Position numbers and translations under genes: made by a program
The notes under the pieces: generated by a model
Told to the model about the DNA's origin: nothing
The model's database searches: none
What the model saw: only the letters and a program-made list of their open reading frames with translations
Assembly: GCA_024650005.2 (NCBI GenBank)
Contig: CP122380.1
Coordinates: 672,001-736,000, forward strand
Source: Candidatus Bathyarchaeum tardum
GTDB lineage: Archaea; Thermoproteota; Bathyarchaeia; Bathyarchaeales; Bathyarchaeaceae
Direction of reading: 5' to 3'
Length of the DNA: 64,000 nt
In this document: piece by piece, positions 40,792 through 49,520 of the stretch
Layout: each line of letters opens with the position of its first letter
Position numbering within the stretch: the stretch's first letter is position 1

Positions 40792-41625
40792 TTAGGATTG
40801 TTTTTTGAGTGGTTGAAACCAGGTATTTTGTGTGAGCTCATTCATTGGCAATAGCTCATTCTTGAGAAAACCATCATTGTATTCTTGGAGTTGAACCTGT
40901 GTTTTGTTGTTTGCGCTTATCGCGTCTAGTTGAACCGAGATTGCTCTGTTCGTCATTGTTACGCGACCAATTCTGTGAAATTTAACTGAAATTGTGTTTG
41001 GTTTTCCAGCACTCCATAGACCAAGTCCGTTTTTGTAGTTAGTGTAAGTTCCAAAAGATCCGACTTTTGCACTCAAAAAGGATTCATCATCAGTCCAATT
41101 GAAGCAAAACATCCCGCTCACACCGTCGATGCTATTTTCATCAAACAAATCGTAGATGCCCCTAGTTAAAGCGTTTAATTCCACATCGGCGAAAGAAGGA
41201 TTGCAGTTTGTTCCTGTGAAGAAAACAAAATTTTCAGCGGGTCCTTTGTCGGATACTATAGTGACTTTGAAAACTTCAAGAATAGCGTCGCACAGCACAT
41301 CTTCAACGGTAGGTCGTGTAACGTTGAAATAGACTGCAGAGGGATATTGGCTTAGAGGATGCAATAGAACTCCTTTAGAATCAGTAACAGTAGCGTTTGG
41401 AATGCCTTTGCCCGCATAAGCGTATGTTACATCCAAATTGAACTGTTGTTCAGTTTCTAGAAAGTTGGGAGTGCTGGCTGAAAGGGAACCTGTGGGGTAT
41501 AGACAAAGCATAACAATAATGATTATTACTGCTATTAGTGAAATGCCCGTGAAAATGCGATTGATAGATTCTTTTTTGGCAGATGCTAGTTTCCTAAGCC
41601 CGTGAGAATTACGTTTTTTGTCCAT
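40792..41625 (-). CDS. Membrane-anchored hypothetical protein
   Basis: 277 aa, N-terminal TM, beta-rich extracellular part. Confidence 0.7.
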   Translation of the reverse strand: MDKKRNSHGLRKLASAKKESINRIFTGISLIAVIIIIVMLCLYPTGSLSASTPNFLETEQQFNLDVTYAYAGKGIPNATVTDSKGVLLHPLSQYPSAVYFNVTRPTVEDVLCDAILEVFKVTIVSDKGPAENFVFFTGTNCNPSFADVELNALTRGIYDLFDENSIDGVSGMFCFNWTDDESFLSAKVGSFGTYTNYKNGLGLWSAGKPNTISVKFHRIGRVTMTNRAISVQLDAISANNKTQVQLQEYNDGFLKNELLPMNELTQNTWFQPLKKQS

Positions 41626-41657
41626 ATATCATTCCTTCATGTAAACATGTTCATGGT

Positions 41658-42251
41658 TCAAAAGGTCTCATCCTTCTCATTGACATCACCTGCATACATG
41701 TCCCATGCACTTATGGGCGAACTAATGTAAACATACTGGTTGGTATCAGTATAATTGTAGAAATAGGAGCTACACCGAGCCCCCACCGTATAAGCATTAG
41801 TGGCATAAGTGTATTTGTCATATCGTTGATAATACCCGGGCCATGCATAACCATAAGACCATGTTGGCTGGTTGGAATCATAGTAATAGGAATACGTCCA
41901 ATTGGCCTGATACATGCACGTCATAGAACCACCATTACACGTCCAATCATGGGGCCACATAGTTGGTCCGCCAAAACCTCTCACGTAAATATATGTTACA
42001 TCCGTATAGGCATCGTCTTCGTCATTATACATGGCGTTGATGCCGCAAGATGTGAATGCATTATAAGGGTCAGCACCAGGTGGATCCATCAAATGGTCAC
42101 AACGGGAAGCGGTGACACGATCATCATGCTCAGTTATATTGTAGTGTCCATGTGTAAAGCTTTGCACTATTGGACGGTTTATTATCATCAGAAATATTAC
42201 TAAAGTAGCTAAAGATAGTAACGCGTATATTGCTAATTTATTTTTTTTCAT
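41658..42251 (-). CDS. Secreted Tyr-rich hypothetical protein
   Basis: 197 aa, signal peptide, GAGG SD, many Tyr/Trp and 5 Cys. Confidence 0.7.
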   Translation of the reverse strand: MKKNKLAIYALLSLATLVIFLMIINRPIVQSFTHGHYNITEHDDRVTASRCDHLMDPPGADPYNAFTSCGINAMYNDEDDAYTDVTYIYVRGFGGPTMWPHDWTCNGGSMTCMYQANWTYSYYYDSNQPTWSYGYAWPGYYQRYDKYTYATNAYTVGARCSSYFYNYTDTNQYVYISSPISAWDMYAGDVNEKDETF

Positions 42252-42492
42252 TTTGCTTAACCTCTTGTTTATCCAAATTTTTTGTTCTCTTTCTGTCCCT
42301 CACTTAGGACTAGGCGGTTTCGCGCCTCCGATGCAATAGCCTCGGGTTAAAGTAATGGTGAACCATTCAGCACAACATTACAAAAGTCAGTTATTGCCCG
42401 AATTTGTTTTTAAGGAAGACGAAATGTTTGGGAAATAGAGAGGTGAGTGAAAGTATTCGTTAGTTTTAGTTTCACTTTTCTCTCTCCCTTGT

Positions 42493-42831
42493 TTGTTGTC
42501 TACTTTTTGGTGTTTTTTAAAAGAAGAAATAATCAAAGATGCCTTGGGAGCTGCTTTGGAATTAGTTCAGCTTATAAGTTCGTCATGTAGACGGAAGATT
42601 CTGGAAACATTGTTTAAGGTGAAGCAAACTCATATCATGGATCTTGTGCGTAAGGTAAACAGCACCTATAGGCTGGTGAACAGAAACATGCAAGTTTTAG
42701 AGCATGAAGGCATTGTCAACTCTAATTATTATGGTCGTATGAGACTAATTACGTTGAACAGCGATAATCCTAAGACAGTTGCATTATTGAAAGCTCTTCG
42801 AATATTGAAGAAACAGCAATCTCATCTTTGA
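42493..42831 (+). CDS. Winged-helix (ArsR-like) regulator
   Basis: SSCRRKILETL...IMDLVRKVNSTY...LEHEGIV...GRMRLI pattern; start uncertain. Confidence 0.75.
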   Translation: MLSTFWCFLKEEIIKDALGAALELVQLISSSCRRKILETLFKVKQTHIMDLVRKVNSTYRLVNRNMQVLEHEGIVNSNYYGRMRLITLNSDNPKTVALLKALRILKKQQSHL

Positions 42832-42992
42832 AAATTACTGAATAACCAGCAACTAGCGCCCCCGGAAAGGCGCTAAATTGAACTGCAACCAAGATATAAT
42901 GTATAACTCTGAATACACTCATTAGACAATAAAACAGAAATATGCCAAAAACAAGCCTTATTTTACAAAATATACCTAATTTATGGTTATTT

Positions 42993-43070
42993 TGGTAGCG
43001 GGGAGTTGATTTGAACAACCGATCTCTGGGTTATGAGCCCAGCGGGTTCACCTGGCTACCCCACCCCGCT
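42993..43070 (-). tRNA. tRNA-Met (CAT), initiator type
   Basis: AGCGGGGTGGGGTAGCCAGGTGAACCCGCTGGGCTCATAACCCAGAGATCGGTTGTTCAAATCAACTCCCCGCTACCA: A1-U72 pair, three G-C pairs in the anticodon stem, encoded CCA. Confidence 0.95.
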
Positions 43071-43300
43071 ATGTGTTTTGAGTTAGAAGCCATTGCCAAG
43101 TGATGCTTTCTAGCTCGTTTGATATCTTTTGTCACACTCTTTCTTAAGCTTTGCTTATTGGATTTTTATTTTTTGGTCTAATTGGAGCCATTGTTGAGGT
43201 TAGTAACTTTTGAAACAAAATTTTATAACAGCGTTATAATTATATACAGGAAACCTATTTTAACTATGTATGAACATTTTGAATTATTGGAGGTTTTAAG

Positions 43301-43543
43301 TTGGGTAATCAAACTGAACCTGACAGTAACCTTGATTGTGTTGGTTTATATTGTCCTGAACCGGTTTTTCGAACCCGCCAAGAACTAGACCAACTGGAAA
43401 TAGGTCAAATCTTAGAAGTAGTTGCAGACGACCCTGCTTCTGAAGAAGACATACCCCGTCTAGTTAAACATCTTGAACATAAATTACTAAAAATGTACGA
43501 AAAAAATGGCGAATTCCATTTTCTAATCCAAAAAATGAAATAA
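43301..43543 (+). CDS. tusA: Sulfur carrier TusA family
   Basis: LDCVGLYCPEP and DDPASEEDI motifs. Confidence 0.88.
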   Translation: MGNQTEPDSNLDCVGLYCPEPVFRTRQELDQLEIGQILEVVADDPASEEDIPRLVKHLEHKLLKMYEKNGEFHFLIQKMK

Positions 43544-43559
43544 GGAGTAAAGTTGAGCC

Positions 43560-44735
43560 TTGCCAAAAATTTACATGGACTACGGCGCCGGAAAACCCGT
43601 AGACCCAAGGGTCCTTGAAGCGATGAACCCATATTTTCTGGAAATATATGGTAACGCTTCCTCTGGGCACTCTTACGGGAACGCCGCCAAAGAAGCGTTA
43701 ACATCTTCCCGAGAAAAAATAGCCCAACTAATCGGAGCAGAGAAAGTTCAGGAAATAATTTTTACTTCTGGGGGAACAGAATCCAATAACCTAGCAATAA
43801 AAGGAGCTGCATTCAGGAACAAATCCAAAGGAAACCACATAATCACTACTGCAATCGAGCACATGTCTGTTATTAACATCTGCAAGTATTTGCAAAAAGA
43901 AGGTTTTGAGGTAACCTTTGTGCCTGTAGACGACAAAGGAACAGTAGATCTTGAAAAACTTGAAGCTGCAATAACCGACCAAACAATAATGATGTCTGTC
44001 ATGTATGCGAACGGCGAAATTGGAACCATTCAGCCAATAAAACAAATTGGAAAATTAGCTCAAGAAAAAAACATCATGCTACATGTTGATGCTGTAGCAG
44101 CAGTTGGACAAGTCCCAATCAACGTAGTAGACGAAAACATTGACCTGTTAACCCTTTCTTCAAACGACCTTTACGGACCTAAAGGTGTTGGGGCTCTTTA
44201 CATAAAAAAGGGAACAAGAATTGTGCCCATCGACCAAGGTGGCGGACAAGAAAACGGTTTACGTTCAGGCACTGAAAACATTTCAGGCATAGTTGGCATG
44301 GCAAAAGCAGCTGAACTTGCCCAAACTGAAATGGAAACCGAAAGCAAACGTTTAATCGCATTGCGAGACAAACTAATTGATGGAGTTCTAGACTCGATTC
44401 CTTACTCTTTCTTGAATGGCCATCGGACTCAGCGTTTGCCTAATAACGCGAATCTTAGGTTCAGTTATATAGAGGGTGAATCACTCATTTTAAGTCTAGA
44501 CATGCATGGAATCCAAGCCTCGTCAGGTTCAGCGTGTTCATCAAAAACCTTAGAGCCCTCCCATGTGCTTCGAGCAATTGGATTGTCTCATGAGCTTGCT
44601 CATGGCTCCTTGGCTTTCACTCTTGGAAAACAAAACACCCAAGAAAGCATGGATTACGTGCTTGAAGTAATACCTGAAGTCGTAAAACGATTGCGGGCAC
44701 TTTCGCCCCTTACTCCAAAAGAAATCTTGAGGTGA
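43560..44735 (+). CDS. iscS: Cysteine desulfurase (IscS/NifS type)
   Basis: FTSGGTESNN, HVDAVAA, RSGTEN and SSGSACSS motifs. Confidence 0.92.
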   Translation: MPKIYMDYGAGKPVDPRVLEAMNPYFLEIYGNASSGHSYGNAAKEALTSSREKIAQLIGAEKVQEIIFTSGGTESNNLAIKGAAFRNKSKGNHIITTAIEHMSVINICKYLQKEGFEVTFVPVDDKGTVDLEKLEAAITDQTIMMSVMYANGEIGTIQPIKQIGKLAQEKNIMLHVDAVAAVGQVPINVVDENIDLLTLSSNDLYGPKGVGALYIKKGTRIVPIDQGGGQENGLRSGTENISGIVGMAKAAELAQTEMETESKRLIALRDKLIDGVLDSIPYSFLNGHRTQRLPNNANLRFSYIEGESLILSLDMHGIQASSGSACSSKTLEPSHVLRAIGLSHELAHGSLAFTLGKQNTQESMDYVLEVIPEVVKRLRALSPLTPKEILR

Positions 44736-44745
44736 AAAAAACAAA

Positions 44746-45123
44746 ATGTATAGTGAAAAAGTTATGGATCATTTCAAAAACCCCCGAAACGTAGGCGAAA
44801 TCGAAAACGCCGATGGAGTAGGAACAGTAGGCAACCCCACGTGTGGCGACCTGATGACTATGTACATTAAAGTTAAAGACGAAAAAATTGAGGACATTAA
44901 ATTCAAAACTTTTGGTTGTGGCGCAGCCATAGCTACCAGTAGCATGACCACTGAAATGGCAAAAGGCAAAACCATCGAAGAAGCAATGAAAATCAGTCGG
45001 GCAGAAGTAGCCAATAACCTTGGAGGCCTTCCTCCTATCAAAATGCACTGTTCTAACTTAGCTGCCGATGCATTACATGAAGCCATAAAAGACTACCAAA
45101 AAAAGAAAGAAGACAAAAAATAA
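44746..45123 (+). CDS. iscU: Fe-S cluster scaffold IscU/NifU
   Basis: YSEKVMDHF, CGD, FGCGAAIA and LPPIKMHCS motifs. Confidence 0.95.
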   Translation: MYSEKVMDHFKNPRNVGEIENADGVGTVGNPTCGDLMTMYIKVKDEKIEDIKFKTFGCGAAIATSSMTTEMAKGKTIEEAMKISRAEVANNLGGLPPIKMHCSNLAADALHEAIKDYQKKKEDKK

Positions 45124-45147
45124 TCACGCATTTTTGCGTGATTTTTT
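45122..45147 (+). terminator. Hairpin plus T-tract after iscU
   Basis: AATCACGCA-TTTT-TGCGTGATT followed by T residues. Confidence 0.6.
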
Positions 45148-45632
45148 GTATATTAAGAAAATTTAATGTTGAAAACGGATTTTTTCTATTTTCCAAAGCC
45201 AACAAGTTTTGTTCTTTATTGCAAAATATCAAGTCGTTCGGCTGCGATGCCATCAACGCCTTTTTCTTGTATTTTTCAACTTTCTCTTGCTAGTTTATTG
45301 TCCAACATTAACCTTCAAGGCGTTTTCGTGAGCTTTCATAATGTTTGCATACTGGATAAAACTAAACAATGGCACGAAATATTTTTCATAAGTCTAGGCC
45401 TGTTTGTATCGATTTTGCATGCTGAATATAAATCAGATCTAAATGTTTGGTGAAAAAGTCAGAGGATGAATCCATCAAAATAAGGATTGAAACGTAGTCT
45501 TATGCGTCTTTCTGTCAAATAATTGTTTTTGAATGTTTTTTCTAGACTAATAATTATGGAATGTATCTAGTGACGAGTATTGTTTAAAAATCTCTTATAA
45601 GATTATAACTCCAGCAGTAAGATTGATTTGGA

Positions 45633-46163
45633 TTGTTGAAGGTGGCTAGAAAATCAAAAAAATCTAAAAAAGTTTGTCTCACGAATGAACTAATTCGAGA
45701 TTCTAGCAGAAGTGACCGTGAATTGGCAAAAATTGTAGGGGTTTGTCAACCTACTGTTTCTAGAATAAAAAAATCCCTGTTGAATGAAGGAATTATTGAA
45801 GGGGTTGTAGCTGTTCCTAACTTCAATAAAATTGGATATGAGTTGATGGCTTTGACCTTTGTTAAAATCAAAGCGGTTCTTGCTTCGGAGGAAGAAAGAA
45901 AACAAAATTTTGAAAAAGTAAAAAAATGGATGTCTAAGCAAGATGACGTAATTTTTTGCGCATCATGCAGGGGTCTAGGTTTTCACTCATTTTTTATTTC
46001 TCTTCACAAAAATTATAAAGCCTTTGATGCTTTCATGAAAAGACATGACGTGGAAATAGGTCACGAACTTTTAATTGATCTAGAAAATATTCTGGTTAAT
46101 CTTGATGATGACCAAATATTAAAGCCCTTCAATTTTAAGTATTTAGGAGAAAACGCTCTATAA
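45633..46163 (+). CDS. Lrp/AsnC family regulator
   Basis: DSSRSDRELAKIVGVCQPTVSR HTH and PNFNKIGY linker. Confidence 0.85.
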   Translation: MLKVARKSKKSKKVCLTNELIRDSSRSDRELAKIVGVCQPTVSRIKKSLLNEGIIEGVVAVPNFNKIGYELMALTFVKIKAVLASEEERKQNFEKVKKWMSKQDDVIFCASCRGLGFHSFFISLHKNYKAFDAFMKRHDVEIGHELLIDLENILVNLDDDQILKPFNFKYLGENAL

Positions 46164-46277
46164 TGTTGTGTTTAGTTTTTTTGGTTTTGGGAATCATTTA
46201 TATGAAAGATAATACATATGAAAAATAGTTCATAAAATGTTGATGTATAAAAAGCCTCAACTTTGTGATGTGAAAAA

Positions 46278-46640
46278 ATGACTGATCAACACCCGCGAAT
46301 AACCCGCGAAAAGAAGACCATCAATAAAATGGTTCACATGTACTGCAAAGGAAAACATGACCCCCAAAAAAATGAATTGTGTACTAAATGCACAGAATTC
46401 TTGTCCTACGCTTACAAACGTCTAGATAACTGTCCTTTCCAAGAAGAAAAATCAACATGCGGAAAATGTCTAGTGCACTGCTACCAACCAGTAATGAAAG
46501 AAAAAGCAAAAAAGATTATGCGCTATTCCGGTCCGCGTCTGATTTACAAAAGCCCGATTTTGGCTTTGCATCACGTTTTTGATGGCCGCAAAAAACCATT
46601 AACATTAAAAGAATTAAAAGAGAAAAAACAGAAAAAATGA
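46278..46640 (+). CDS. YgbA family (nitrous oxide-stimulated promoter) protein
   Basis: REKKTI...YC, RLDNCP, CGKCLVHCY and MRYSGPR motifs. Confidence 0.88.
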   Translation: MTDQHPRITREKKTINKMVHMYCKGKHDPQKNELCTKCTEFLSYAYKRLDNCPFQEEKSTCGKCLVHCYQPVMKEKAKKIMRYSGPRLIYKSPILALHHVFDGRKKPLTLKELKEKKQKK

Positions 46641-46644
46641 TTGT

Positions 46645-46998
46645 TTGGTGGTTATGATTTTGGAAATAACAAAAGTAAACGAAACAGAAAGCAAACCAAA
46701 TCCTCACGGAGTGGATGTTCGTCCAATTTATGCCCATGAAAATGCACAAGTAATAGTTTTAACGCTAGCACCTGGTGAGTCGTTACGGCGCCACATAACT
46801 CCAGTTGATGTTTTCTTTTATGTTCTTAAAGGCAAAGGAACCGTAGAAATTGGGGACGAAAAAAAAGAAGTAGAAAAAGACTCCATCGTTCACAGTCCAG
46901 CAAAGATAGTGCACTGTTGGTATAACACATCCGATATGCCTTTGCGAATTCTAGTCGCTAAAACTCCAAAACCAACAGAGTCAACAATTATGCTTTAG
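46645..46998 (+). CDS. Cupin domain protein
   Basis: HITPVDVFFYVLKGKG and SPAKIVHCWYN motifs. Confidence 0.88.
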   Translation: MVVMILEITKVNETESKPNPHGVDVRPIYAHENAQVIVLTLAPGESLRRHITPVDVFFYVLKGKGTVEIGDEKKEVEKDSIVHSPAKIVHCWYNTSDMPLRILVAKTPKPTESTIML

Positions 46999-47014
46999 GC
47001 TTTCCCATTAAGGG

Positions 47015-47351
47015 CTAGTGGGGATCATGCATCTCCATAATAAATAGTCTTTCAACAAATTTCATTGCTCCTGCCTCATCAGCTGGAGCAAAAAACATGC
47101 TCCCTGCAGATAGTTCGAATTCCTGTTTTCCTGCTGTGAAAACTCCGTTTCCGTTGATTACACAAAAACAAGCCCCATATGGTTCAGGATGCAATGGAAT
47201 TTTCTGTTCAGATTCGCGGCATATTACTGCAGCAGTAAAATTTTTGCTTTCCAGTAAATCTTTTTACCTTGAGAAGGTCTTCAAGATTTTTTTTGGTTTC
47301 TTTCTTCTTGGAAAACTCGCAAAGTTTGGTTAAATCAAAAACATTTGCCAT
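47015..47351 (-). pseudogene. Frameshifted cupin gene
   Basis: MANVFDLTKLCEF...LKV continues after removing one A at 47261-47265 as KDLLESKNFTAAVICRESEQKIPLHPEPYGACFCVINGNGVF...MHDPH*; the span is 337 nt (3n+1). Confidence 0.7.
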
Positions 47352-47376
47352 TGTTTTTGGTTCATCCTCTTCTTTT

Positions 47377-47859
47377 TTAAGAAATGGGCATGTTTGCAAT
47401 CGTTGCAGTGTAAGCGCTCAATAATAGAACTGCAATTCCTAATGCGATGTTACAAACTATCATTATTGCTCCACGTTTTTGGGTTGCACGAGTCAATGGT
47501 TTTGTTGCCCTTACAACTAGTTTTGTTCTTACTAATGCCAAACCCGTCATTATTATGATTAAAATGTGTTTGATGCTCAGGGCAAGGGAGTATCTGTTTG
47601 ATGTGCTAAACAGTCCTGTAAATGCGTTGCTCCGGTTGGCTAGTAACATTCCTGTTATCCATAGTCCAACAATGCTTACAAGAACGATTTTGTTCAATCT
47701 TTTTTGGATGCTGTTGCTTAATTCTTTGTCTTGTTCGTTTTGTTTTCGCATTGCAGGAAAAACTATAGTGGCTAAAATGATTAATCCTCCTATCCATATG
47801 GCAGTGAACAAATTATGCAGAAATGTCACTAAAACTGGTATTGCAATCTGTATGCTCAT
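47377..47859 (-). CDS. 4-TM membrane protein (CopD/DUF4149-like)
   Basis: LHNLFTAIWIGG motif and 4 TM helices. Confidence 0.7.
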   Translation of the reverse strand: MSIQIAIPVLVTFLHNLFTAIWIGGLIILATIVFPAMRKQNEQDKELSNSIQKRLNKIVLVSIVGLWITGMLLANRSNAFTGLFSTSNRYSLALSIKHILIIIMTGLALVRTKLVVRATKPLTRATQKRGAIMIVCNIALGIAVLLLSAYTATIANMPIS

Positions 47860-47996
47860 TATTCTCCCTCTGTGGGGCGTTTTTTGTTTTTTTGTTTCAT
47901 TTTTTAACGCCTTTGCTTGTTAGTAACTTTACGTAACTATTTAAACTAGCAAGTGTATAGCAAGTAACTTGGTTTCTCGCACGACAGTGATAAAAA

Positions 47997-48416
47997 ATGA
48001 ATGAAAAAACACAAGACCTGCAAAGTTGTCCCCTTGATGGGGTTATAGACATAATCAGCCGGAAATGGAGTTTTTTAGTTATCAACACCATCGGTAACTG
48101 TGAAAAAATAAGGTTTAAAGAAATCCTCACCCATTTGCACAAGCTGAGTGCAAAGACTCTCTCTGAGACCCTCAAGAAACTTCACAGGGAAGGCTTGGTT
48201 AAACGGGAAGCCTTTTCTGAGATTCCTCCAAGGGTCGAATATTCTCTCACAGAAGAAGGAATCAGTTTATGGAAAGCAATAATTCCCCTTCTAAACTGGA
48301 CAATACAAAGAGGAACATCCTGCGGACAAAAAGAACTTCCAAAAACATGCAAATTATCCGAGGGTCAAAAAAAACTTGTGAATGACGGCTATTCTTCAGG
48401 AGGAAAAAAACTTTAG
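47997..48416 (+). CDS. HxlR family transcriptional regulator
   Basis: CPL...ISRKWS and EIPPRVEYSLTEEG motifs. Confidence 0.9.
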   Translation: MNEKTQDLQSCPLDGVIDIISRKWSFLVINTIGNCEKIRFKEILTHLHKLSAKTLSETLKKLHREGLVKREAFSEIPPRVEYSLTEEGISLWKAIIPLLNWTIQRGTSCGQKELPKTCKLSEGQKKLVNDGYSSGGKKL

Positions 48417-48743
48417 GTTACTTCATGTTCTTATGCGAAATATTGGCAACAAATGAAGTCCTAAATGCTTTAACGTTATAAAAAAGAAAAGAAATTATGT
48501 TTGGGTCAAAAAAACATGTGTAATTCGATTAATAACTGAAAAAAACTGTTATTATAATAAATTAACCTCAAATACTACTCTTATTTGTTTTTATGCTGTG
48601 AATTTCAGCATTTTTCTAATATTGGCTTATTTTAAATGTTTATTTTGAATATAATTGAGTTTTTAGCCAGATTTTTTTGTGCATAATTTTTATTTGATTT
48701 TTATGTGCATCATTTTCTAGGGCACTTACCGGAGGTGGAAGAT

Positions 48744-48809
48744 ATGGTGTTCGAAGAAGACGACTGGGATGATTGGGAAGAAGACGAAGGAGACGAAGAA
48801 GACTGGTAA
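48744..48809 (+). CDS. Acidic micro-peptide MVFEEDDWDDWEEDEGDEEDW
   Basis: GGAGGTG SD at 48731-48737, ATG 48744, TAA 48807-48809; below the ORF-track cutoff. Confidence 0.65.
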   Translation: MVFEEDDWDDWEEDEGDEEDW

Positions 48810-48853
48810 CTGCTCCAAAATATTGCGGCTCATCCCTTTAGGGGGAGGTGAAA

Positions 48854-48910
48854 ATGATGCCCAAAAAAGGAAAGAAAGACAAGAAATCAACCAAAGCAAA
48901 CAAAAAATAA
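48854..48910 (+). CDS. Basic micro-peptide (M)MPKKGKKDKKSTKANKK
   Basis: GGAGGTGA SD at 48844-48851, ATGs at 48854 and 48857, TAA 48908-48910. Confidence 0.65.
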   Translation: MMPKKGKKDKKSTKANKK

Positions 48911-49105
48911 AACAACATAAAAACCACAAGTTTTTTCATCATTTTTCTATTCAAGCCAAAAGAATGTTTTAATCACGTTGCATTCTTTTGGAAGAAACGA
49001 AACTGACTATAATGTGTGGCAACTAAGCAGAGGTTTTGTTTGGTAACATAAATCGGTCAAAAATCAACTGACAAAATATTTGACTTTTGATTTTAAGGTG
49101 TTTAG

Positions 49106-49426
49106 TTAAATTTTATTTTCTAGTGTTAGCCATTTTTTTGTAGCGTCGACTATGTTTTTGCAGTCGTTTTTAGTGAAGTCGTATTCGTCTGTGTCTGGTT
49201 TGTATGTTGCAAGGGCTTCGGCGTAGTTTTTTAGTTTTCCCATATTATATTCAAGAATTTGCAAATCATGAAGGGCGCTGGACTGCTTTTTTTCTTTCTT
49301 AATTAATTCCAAAATCTTGCTGGCAAATTTTTCCAAGGCTGATTCATCAAGGTTTTCCAGTTTAGTTCTGTTGTTCTGGTAAAGTTCAGCAACTTTTTTC
49401 ATGAATTCCTCAGATAATGTTGTCAC
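49106..49426 (-). CDS. Hypothetical helical protein
   Basis: 106 aa, GTG start preceded by GGAGG. Confidence 0.65.
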   Translation of the reverse strand: MTTLSEEFMKKVAELYQNNRTKLENLDESALEKFASKILELIKKEKKQSSALHDLQILEYNMGKLKNYAEALATYKPDTDEYDFTKNDCKNIVDATKKWLTLENKI

Positions 49427-49520
49427 AAAAAATCCTCCAATTATGTTGTATATTATCTTGGATGTTTCTTATATCATGTTGCCCAGATGCGAAATAGCTA
49501 CTGTTTATGTTGTTTTTTGT

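Larger units (their letters stand above)
38134..43006. mobile_element. Genomic island bounded by a duplicated tRNA-iMet 3' end
   Basis: TTGGTAGCGGGGAGT is identical at 38134-38148 and 42992-43006; no integrase lies inside. Confidence 0.65.

Noticed and set aside
42285-42410. Match to twister, hammerhead, fluoride, c-di-GMP or c-di-AMP RNAs
   Set aside because: Only fragments (GUCCUAAG, GAGGG, CGAAAC) are present; the required core elements are missing.
45166-45600. ORF 45166..45453 and nearby fragments
   Set aside because: No recognisable motif; probably decayed or spurious.
48726-48972. Track ORFs 48726..48929 (-) and 48769..48972 (+)
   Set aside because: They are low-complexity shadows of the two micro-ORFs and lack the well-placed SD sequences.
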